Positions 1 to 6,124 of a stretch of 29,871 nt of DNA are shown one piece after another (the first letter of the stretch is position 1; each line of letters starts with the position of its first letter). Position numbers and translations under genes: made by a program. The notes under the pieces are model-generated. The model had not been told where the DNA came from, made no database searches, and saw only the letters and a list, made by a program, of their open reading frames with translations. The stretch comes from a virus (lineage: Duplodnaviria; Caudoviricetes). The DNA lies in IMG/VR virus record IMGVR_UViG_3300021961_000428, positions 1-29,871 of that record; one strand, given 5' to 3'.

Positions 1-48
1 GGTTGCAAGACCTAGCGCAAAAAAACAGAGCTAGCCCTTTTACAAATC

Positions 49-67
49 TTGACGCGCAATTTTACAA
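49..67 (+). promoter_or_regulatory. Putative phage late-promoter motif TTGACG...TTTTACAA directly upstream of start codon
   Basis: TTGAC at 49-53, 19 nt before ATG 68. Near-identical arrangement (TTGACG..CATTTTACAATG) at 13788-13811, and related motifs 20 nt before ATGs at 5878, 16172 and 19220. Confidence 0.5.
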
Positions 68-664
68 ATGAAACTCGAAACCGTCCCGCTTGATTCAATT
101 TCGTTCGATCCGGCGAACACGCGGAAGCATTCCCGCCGCAACCTTGACGCGATCAAGGCGAGCTTGCGCCGATTCGGTCAGCAGAAGCCGATCGTCGTTG
201 ACGCGAAGGGAATCGTCCTCGCGGGCAACGGCACGCTGGCCGCAGCGACCGAGCTTGGCTGGACCGAGATCCAGATCGTCCGCACCGCGCTCGCTGGCGT
301 GGACGCGACCGCGTTCGGCATCGCGGACAACCGGACAGCCGAGCTTGCGGAGTGGGATGAAAAGTTGGGCGACGTTCTTCTGTCGCTGAGGGCCGAGGAT
401 TTTCCGATGGACGAGATCGGGTTTGAAGAGGCTGACCTAGGCAAGTTCGACGTCGCGGAAGCGTCGATGCCGGAACTTCCGAATGGCGACCGCGCACCGT
501 TTCGTCAGATGACGTTCACGGTTCACGATGACCAGTTCGCGACGATTGAAAAGGCATTGCAGAAGGCGAAGTCCGAGGGCGGCAGCGAATCGCCAAACAA
601 CGAAAATTCAAATGGGAACGCGCTGGCATTTATCGCCGCAAATTTCATCGGAGAAAAATCTTGA
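68..664 (+). CDS. ParB/Sulfiredoxin-like N-terminal domain protein (DNA-modification-associated)
   Basis: N-terminus NTRKH..IKASLRRFGQQKPIVVD..VLAGNGTLAAA..LG..IADNRTAELAEWD is a typical ParBc signature; stop overlaps start of the mom-like gene. Confidence 0.85.
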   Translation: MKLETVPLDSISFDPANTRKHSRRNLDAIKASLRRFGQQKPIVVDAKGIVLAGNGTLAAATELGWTEIQIVRTALAGVDATAFGIADNRTAELAEWDEKLGDVLLSLRAEDFPMDEIGFEEADLGKFDVAEASMPELPNGDRAPFRQMTFTVHDDQFATIEKALQKAKSEGGSESPNNENSNGNALAFIAANFIGEKS

Positions 665-1443
665 GCGAAGCGAAACAGATTCACCTTGCTCCGATCACCA
701 GAGGAGACGCGGAAAAAATTGTTCGCGCCTGCCATTATTCTGGGAAGACCGCATTCGGATCATTTCTGCACTTTGGAGTTTTCCTCGATGGAAAATGCGG
801 AGGAGCGATACAATTTGGGCCACCCGTTGATAAGCGAAAAATACTTCCGCTCGTCAAAGGAACCGGATGGAACGGATTTCTTGAGCTTAATCGGATGGCG
901 TTTGCGGATTGGCTTCCGCGGAATTCAGAGAGTCGCGCTTTGTCGGTTGCGATGCGATTGATACGAAACACCTATCCGCACATTGAGTGGGTAGTTTCCT
1001 TTGCCGATGCGACGCAATGCGGCGACGGAACAATCTATCGCGCAAGCGGATTTGTGCTGACACAGATCAAGGAAAACCGCTCAATGTGGAGAACAGCAAG
1101 CGGAGAGGTCGTCGCTGATTTTGTTTCTCGTCAGTTGCAAGGAGAGAACACGAGAAAGCGAATCGGATTCCGAATCGGCGAAAGCTGGGCTGATTTTGTG
1201 AAAAGAACTGGAGCGCAACGGTTGCCGGGTTTTCAACTGCGATATCTTTACTTCCTCAATTCATCCGCTCGTTCCCGTTTGACCGTTCCGATCATTCCTT
1301 TTAATGAGATCGAACGCCGCGGTGCGGCAATGTATCGCGGCCAAGCAATTTCACGCGCCGGAAGTGACACGAAGGACACGGCAGGCCTCCAGCCTGCAAA
1401 GGGCGGTTCAACCCCGACCCCGGCGCTCCAATCTGACGCATGA
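661..1443 (+). CDS. mom: Mom-like GNAT-fold adenine-modification enzyme
   Basis: Motifs HYSGK, LELNRMAF, PRNSESRALS, VVSFADATQCGDGTIYRASGF match Mu Mom-family proteins; TTG start coupled to upstream stop. Confidence 0.75.
   Translation: MSEAKQIHLAPITRGDAEKIVRACHYSGKTAFGSFLHFGVFLDGKCGGAIQFGPPVDKRKILPLVKGTGWNGFLELNRMAFADWLPRNSESRALSVAMRLIRNTYPHIEWVVSFADATQCGDGTIYRASGFVLTQIKENRSMWRTASGEVVADFVSRQLQGENTRKRIGFRIGESWADFVKRTGAQRLPGFQLRYLYFLNSSARSRLTVPIIPFNEIERRGAAMYRGQAISRAGSDTKDTAGLQPAKGGSTPTPALQSDA
1355..1430 (+). tRNA. Non-canonical tRNA-Gly(TCC)-like RNA embedded in the mom-like CDS
   Basis: 7-bp acceptor GCGCCGG(1355-61)/CCGGCGC(1420-26), discriminator T1427, encoded CCA 1428-30. D-stem GTG/CAC. 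Anticodon stem GCAGG/CCTGC with 7-nt loop CC-TCC-AG. 4-nt variable loop. T-arm GGCGG-TTCAACC-CCG(A)CC. 76 nt total. Confidence 0.75.
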
Positions 1444-2075
1444 GCGACGACGCACCGAATCCAGCCGAGCTGCTGGCGAAGGCGAACGTCGCCAACATCA
1501 CCAAGAAGCTCAAGGCTGGCAAGACGCTCACCGCCTCCGAGCGCAAGGCGCTTTCCGAGTTCGAGGCCGACCGCTCCGGTGGCGAATGGGTTAGCGGGCC
1601 GAAGCAGCTTGCCGAAGAGCTTGGTCTATCGCGGCAGGCGATTTACGATGCCCGCAAGCGATACCCTGACGAGGCTCCGAAGCCGGACGGCAAGCGTGAG
1701 AACGTTCCGGCATGGCGCGCCTTCTGCGCCGAAAAGCTGATCGGCAAGGACACGGCGACGAAGACACTCGCCGAGCTAAAAGCCGATTTAATGCGCGAGC
1801 AAATCCTGCTGGCGCGGTCGAAGAATCGCAGGGAAGAGCAAGAAGTCGTCGAGCGCGAAACCGTGCGCGAGATGCTGCGCCTACTCGGGACCAAGCTCGA
1901 CTTGCTCCTGCGCCTCAAGCTCGAAGTCGAACTCGGCCCGCGAGTCGCTGGCAAATCTGCCGCAGAGGCGAACGTCGAAGGCGCGCTCATCCTCGACGAG
2001 ATCCGCGAAGTGGTGAACGCGAATCTGGCGCGGTTCGAAACGGACGCGATCAAGGCAACGGTCGCCGAGGAATAA
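1440..2075 (+). CDS. Terminase small subunit (Nu1-like, HTH plus coiled coil)
   Basis: HTH (PKQLAEELGLSRQAIYDARK) followed by helical oligomerisation-like region; upstream of lambda-type TerL. Confidence 0.65.
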   Translation: MSDDAPNPAELLAKANVANITKKLKAGKTLTASERKALSEFEADRSGGEWVSGPKQLAEELGLSRQAIYDARKRYPDEAPKPDGKRENVPAWRAFCAEKLIGKDTATKTLAELKADLMREQILLARSKNRREEQEVVERETVREMLRLLGTKLDLLLRLKLEVELGPRVAGKSAAEANVEGALILDEIREVVNANLARFETDAIKATVAEE

Positions 2076-2082
2076 ACGGAGC

Positions 2083-2457
2083 ATGGTCAGACAAGAACAG
2101 ACCGGCGTCCGCAATCTCGACTTTAGCGGCTGGGTGCGTCGAACGCTCACCAGCGAAAAAGGGTTCACCGCATTCGACGTCGATTTCGTCTTCCGCGACT
2201 ACAAGCGGAAGCTCATTCAACTCGTCGAGGTGAAGACTCATTGCGGCAGACTCTCTACGCTCCAGCGGATCGCGCTCGGTGAGTTGGCGCAGATAATGGA
2301 GGCTGGAATCACCGCAGGGAAACCTACTCTCGGATGGCGATGGTGCGGAATGCACGAACTGCGTTTCGAGCATACGTCGCCGGAAAATGGGCGCATGATT
2401 TGGGATGGCGTCGAGGTTTCGGCGGAAGAGCTGACCCGACTGCTAGAAATGCGGTGA
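2083..2457 (+). CDS. PD-(D/E)XK superfamily nuclease-like protein
   Basis: FDVDFVF...QLVEVKT...LSTLQR resembles the D...E-x-K core with downstream S..Q helix of VRR-NUC/restriction-like folds. Confidence 0.55.
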   Translation: MVRQEQTGVRNLDFSGWVRRTLTSEKGFTAFDVDFVFRDYKRKLIQLVEVKTHCGRLSTLQRIALGELAQIMEAGITAGKPTLGWRWCGMHELRFEHTSPENGRMIWDGVEVSAEELTRLLEMR

Positions 2458-2512
2458 GCCGTGAGCGTTTCGGACTGTCCGAAAAAAAGTGCGTTTGGGT
2501 GAAAGATTTTTC

Positions 2513-2541
2513 TTGCAGAACCGGAGCGCTTGGGTTTTGCT
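2513..2541 (+). promoter_or_regulatory. Putative sigma70-type promoter with imperfect palindromic operator in the spacer
   Basis: TTGCAG (2513-18) preceded by an AT-rich tract, 17-nt spacer, weak -10 TTTGCT. AACCGGAGCGCTTGGGTT (2519-36) is an imperfect palindrome. Confidence 0.35.
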
Positions 2542-2583
2542 CTGTCTCGTTAAGTTAATCCAACAACAAAAACAACGACCAAC

Positions 2584-2829
2584 ATGACCACCCGCTCGAT
2601 CAATTTCAGCCTCGAAACCCACCGCAAAGAAGTCCTCTTCTCGGCGCGCAAAGAGATCCGTCGGTTCTGCGAGGAGAACCTGACTCGCGCCGACGTCGCG
2701 GAGATCCTCGCGAAGAAGTTCCCTTCGGCCTTTATCTACGTTGGCGGTTGCCACGTCGCGGTTCACGCCGACGGACCGAAGTTCGCCCGCGACCTGCTCA
2801 TCACCTCCAAGCACGAAGATTGGAACTAA
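2584..2829 (+). CDS. Hypothetical protein (81 aa)
   Basis: Clean ORF after A/C-rich leader AAACAACGAC; GC3-rich codon usage. Confidence 0.7.
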   Translation: MTTRSINFSLETHRKEVLFSARKEIRRFCEENLTRADVAEILAKKFPSAFIYVGGCHVAVHADGPKFARDLLITSKHEDWN

Positions 2830-2830
2830 A

Positions 2831-2881
2831 GGCCGAAACGCCGCAAGGCGTCGCACCGTCACGCGGTGCCTGACGATGGCC
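2831..2881 (+). ncRNA. Type II hammerhead ribozyme
   Basis: Stem II GGCC(2831-34)/GGCC(2878-81). GAAAC 2835-39. Stem III CGCC-GCAA-GGCG. GTC cleavage triplet 2850-52. Stem I GCACCG-TCACG-CGGTGC. Core CTGACGA 2870-76 plus one extra T. Intergenic position. Confidence 0.9.
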
Positions 2882-2912
2882 GTCAGCAACGACAACCAAA
2901 AAAACAACGACC

Positions 2913-3071
2913 ATGACCACAGAACAAATGATCAAACTTCTATCTGGCCGCATGATTATCTACGTCGGTCAACAAGGCGGTTTCCCGCTGCTTGTATTGG
3001 ATAATGGGACAAAGGTTTTGATTTCTTCGGATGATGAAATGAACGCGGCTGGCAGTATCATCGAACTCTGA
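2913..3071 (+). CDS. Small hypothetical protein (52 aa, MTTEQMIKLLSGRMIIYVGQQGGFPLLVLDNGTKVLISSDDEMNAAGSIIEL)
   Basis: Translated by eye (absent from the ORF track). Same AAACAACGAC leader; TGA overlaps next ATG (TGATG). Confidence 0.65.
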   Translation: MTTEQMIKLLSGRMIIYVGQQGGFPLLVLDNGTKVLISSDDEMNAAGSIIEL

Positions 3072-3928
3072 TGTTCACGACCCCACCACCGACCCGTTTC
3101 AATTTTCTTTCTCTGGGTGCTGGCGTGCAATCAAGCACGCTTGCGCTAATGGCAGCACGCGGAGAAATCGGACCAAAACCGGACGCAGCGATTTTTGCGG
3201 ATACACAAGCAGAACCTGCAAGCGTGTATCGCTGGCTCGATTATCTCGAAGCAGAGATCGGGCGAAGCACGTTTTCATTCCCGATTATCCGTATCACAAA
3301 AGGATCTTTGACCGATGAAAGCCTGAAGCTTCGCGAACGGGTTAAAAAACCCGGACCTCCTTGGTCGAAGTCATTGATTCCGGCGTTCATCAAAAATCCT
3401 GACGGAAGCCGTGGAATTTTAGGACGTTCATGCACCTACGACTACAAGGTAAAAACATTGATCAAGCAGCAGAGGAAAATGGCCGGAATCAAACGCGGCC
3501 AAAAAGAAGTCACAGTCACTTCTTGGATAGGTATTTCAATGGACGAGATCCAGAGAATGAAACCAAGTCGAGTTGCGTGGGTGCAACATCGTTGGCCATT
3601 GGTTGAATTGGAAATGACGCGCAACCATTGCTTGGAATGGATGAGCAAGCGCGGATATCCAAAGCCACCAAGGTCGGCTTGCGTTTATTGCCCGTTCCAT
3701 AGCGACAAAGAATGGAAACGGCTGCGAGATGAGGAACCCGAGGAGTTCAAGCGAGCCGTCGCGTTCGAGCGCGATCTGCAAGCGGTGAAAGCAAAAACCA
3801 CCAACATGAAAGGCATTCCATTTTTGCATTCATCTCTGCAACCACTCGACCAAGTCAGTCTTGAAATGATCGACCCTCGCCAAGCAAATCTCTTCGGAAA
3901 TGAATGCGAAGGAATGTGCGGAGTATAA
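3071..3928 (+). CDS. PAPS-reductase-like PP-loop (adenine nucleotide alpha-hydrolase-like) protein
   Basis: N-terminal SLGAGVQSS PP-loop variant, IFADTQAE, CTYDYK, WIGISMDE, PPRSACVYCPFH, C-terminal ECEGMCGV. Confidence 0.7.
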   Translation: MFTTPPPTRFNFLSLGAGVQSSTLALMAARGEIGPKPDAAIFADTQAEPASVYRWLDYLEAEIGRSTFSFPIIRITKGSLTDESLKLRERVKKPGPPWSKSLIPAFIKNPDGSRGILGRSCTYDYKVKTLIKQQRKMAGIKRGQKEVTVTSWIGISMDEIQRMKPSRVAWVQHRWPLVELEMTRNHCLEWMSKRGYPKPPRSACVYCPFHSDKEWKRLRDEEPEEFKRAVAFERDLQAVKAKTTNMKGIPFLHSSLQPLDQVSLEMIDPRQANLFGNECEGMCGV

Positions 3929-3932
3929 TTGT

Positions 3933-4076
3933 ATGACCGATCAATCCTCGAAAAATCCCGCCGCAGTCGCGCTCGGTCGCCTCGGCGGGTGCGTGCGCAG
4001 CGCGGCGAAAGCAAAGGCCGCGCGGCTAAACGGGCGCAAGGGCGGACGCCCGAAAAAGGCAAAGCCTGATGCCTGA
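3933..4076 (+). CDS. Small basic protein (47 aa) with KNPAAVALGRLGG and NGRKGGRP motifs; putative DNA-binding regulator
   Basis: Translated by eye: MTDQSSKNPAAVALGRLGGCVRSAAKAKAARLNGRKGGRPKKAKPDA; fills the gap and overlaps the TerL start. Confidence 0.7.
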   Translation: MTDQSSKNPAAVALGRLGGCVRSAAKAKAARLNGRKGGRPKKAKPDA

Positions 4077-5853
4077 CGCGCCCGACATCCTTGCGGACTT
4101 GCGTCTGCCTCGGCCGGACCGCGCGCCGATCTACGACTGGGCGCGACGGCACGTCCAGTTGCCGGAGAGCTACGCGACGCCGGGACCATTCAACGTGCGG
4201 TTGAGTCCGTGGCTCGTGCCGATCTTCGATGCGCTGCAAGACCCGCTTGTACGACGGGTTCACTTCCGAAAATCAGTCCAGATCGGCGGCACACTTGTCG
4301 CCGACGTCTGGCTCCCGTGGATCATCGCGAACGATCCCGGTCCGATTAGCTGGACGATGCAGACGGACGATATGGTCGAGCGGCACGCGAAGACCCGCTT
4401 GTGGCCGCTGCTGGAGCGATGCCGTCCGGTAGCCGCGATGCTGCCTAAGCCGGGACCGCACCGGACCACGACGGAGATTTTCTTCGGCGGGTTCTTCCTG
4501 ACGTTGAACGCGGCGAACCTTTCGACCCAGCAGAGCCAGTCGATCCGGTACAAAATCAACGACGAATTGTGGCTTCCGCGCTGGCAGGAAATATACGGTC
4601 ACGCCGTCGCGCGCGTGTCCAAGTTCGAGGAGGTCGGCAGGTCGAAGATATACAATGCGTCGCAAGCTCCGGTCATGGACGCCGAGACCGGCAACGTCGA
4701 GGACACGAGCTTTCGCAGCGGCGACCAAGGCGAGTGGCACGCGGAGTGTCCGGCCTGCCGGAAGTTGCACCCAGTTGCCTTCGAGCAGATCACCGAGGGA
4801 AATCAGCGGGCAGGCCTCGTTTGGGACCGCTCCGCGAAGCGTGATGACGATACTTGGGACGTTGCGCGCGTCGTCGAGACCGTGCGTTTCCGCTGCGTGC
4901 ATTGCGGGCATGAGTCGCCGGACAACGATGCGACCCGCGCCGGCTGGGCGAAGACTGGCCGCTTCGTGCCGCAGAACCCGAAGGCGTCACGCGAGGTCCG
5001 CTCGTTCCGCATCGAGGCGATTGTCAGCCGTCCGATGCGCTTGCTCGCGGAGGAGTGGGCGCACGCCGAGAATACACTCGTGCGAACCGGCGACGAGTCA
5101 GCGAAGATCGAGTTTAGAACGAAGCGCGAGGCGCGACCGTGGGTCGTCGAGAAAAAGGTCGTCAATCTGTTCGCGGCAAAGAGCGGATATACCGTCGCAA
5201 CCTATGCAGACGGATCGCCCATAGAAAACGAACGCCTGCGCGTGATGACAATAGACCGGCAGCTCGATCACTTTTGGGTCGAGGTCGGCGCGTTTCTCGA
5301 TGGTCCAATATATCGGCAACTCTGGTTCGGTCGCGTTGAGACTCGCACCATGCTGCGCGAGATTCAGAGCCGCTATCGCGTGCCGTCATTCACCGTCGTG
5401 CAGGATCGCGGATATAAGCCTGCGGAAGTTGACCGCGACTGCGTCGAGTTTGGCTGGCGCGGAATGCGCGGCTATGCGCGAAAGTCGTGGACGATGCGCG
5501 ACGAGGCCAGCGGCACGCTGCTCAATTATCCGTTCTCCGAGCCGCAAATCAGCGATTACGCTGGCGGCGACGCAAATTTCTACAACTGGTCCGGTGACTA
5601 TTTCAAAGACCTGCTCGCGCTCGCACTAGAGGGAAAAGGCGAGTTGAAGTGGGAAATGCCAGACGACGTGAATCCGTTGTATATTGAGCATCTCAAAGGC
5701 GAGGTGAAAACCGAGATCCGTTCCGGCGTCTGGGAGTGGCGCGAGGTTCGCAGCAATGCGCCGAATCACGGCCTCGACACTTCGGCCATGATGCTTTGCG
5801 TCGCGACCATCGCTGGCGTGCTGCGGTACGTGCCCAAAACGGACGCGATGTAA
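4069..5853 (+). CDS. Terminase large subunit, lambda GpA family
   Basis: IYDWARRHV..PGPF N-terminus, deviant Walker A KSVQIGGT, Walker B YKINDE, CPAC/CVHC zinc motifs, nuclease TIDRQ and NHGLD. Confidence 0.92.
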   Translation: MPDAPDILADLRLPRPDRAPIYDWARRHVQLPESYATPGPFNVRLSPWLVPIFDALQDPLVRRVHFRKSVQIGGTLVADVWLPWIIANDPGPISWTMQTDDMVERHAKTRLWPLLERCRPVAAMLPKPGPHRTTTEIFFGGFFLTLNAANLSTQQSQSIRYKINDELWLPRWQEIYGHAVARVSKFEEVGRSKIYNASQAPVMDAETGNVEDTSFRSGDQGEWHAECPACRKLHPVAFEQITEGNQRAGLVWDRSAKRDDDTWDVARVVETVRFRCVHCGHESPDNDATRAGWAKTGRFVPQNPKASREVRSFRIEAIVSRPMRLLAEEWAHAENTLVRTGDESAKIEFRTKREARPWVVEKKVVNLFAAKSGYTVATYADGSPIENERLRVMTIDRQLDHFWVEVGAFLDGPIYRQLWFGRVETRTMLREIQSRYRVPSFTVVQDRGYKPAEVDRDCVEFGWRGMRGYARKSWTMRDEASGTLLNYPFSEPQISDYAGGDANFYNWSGDYFKDLLALALEGKGELKWEMPDDVNPLYIEHLKGEVKTEIRSGVWEWREVRSNAPNHGLDTSAMMLCVATIAGVLRYVPKTDAM

Positions 5854-5877
5854 GATTTTTACGCCATGCTCTAGGGC

Positions 5878-6117
5878 ATGGCGATGGACAATCCATTTTT
5901 GGGCATCGACGCGGCTACGCTATCGACGCTCAAGACCGAGACGCTGGCGGCAATTCGCGCCTGCTTGCTCAACACGAGCTATAGCCTAAACGGCAAATCG
6001 GTCACGCGCGCCGATCTGGGAAGGCTCAATACAATGCTCGGCCAGATTCAGGCCGCGATTGACGATGCCAATGGAGTCACCGACACGGTGACTTTTGTCA
6101 GTTTCAACGGGAATTGA
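5878..6117 (+). CDS. Head-tail joining protein, lambda gpW-like
   Basis: Small gene between TerL and portal; SYSLNGKSVTRADLGRL hairpin-helix pattern typical of gpW-like proteins. Confidence 0.7.
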   Translation: MAMDNPFLGIDAATLSTLKTETLAAIRACLLNTSYSLNGKSVTRADLGRLNTMLGQIQAAIDDANGVTDTVTFVSFNGN

Positions 6118-6124
6118 TACCATC

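Noticed and set aside
1386-1392. Reading the embedded tRNA as tRNA-Trp (CCA anticodon after a T)
   Set aside because: The symmetric GCAGG/CCTGC stem centres TCC, and the acceptor GCG/CGC with U73 matches Gly, not Trp.
1355-1430. tRNA fragment as a prophage attachment site
   Set aside because: It is a full-length cloverleaf inside a phage operon with phage genes on both sides; no integrase or second copy in the window.
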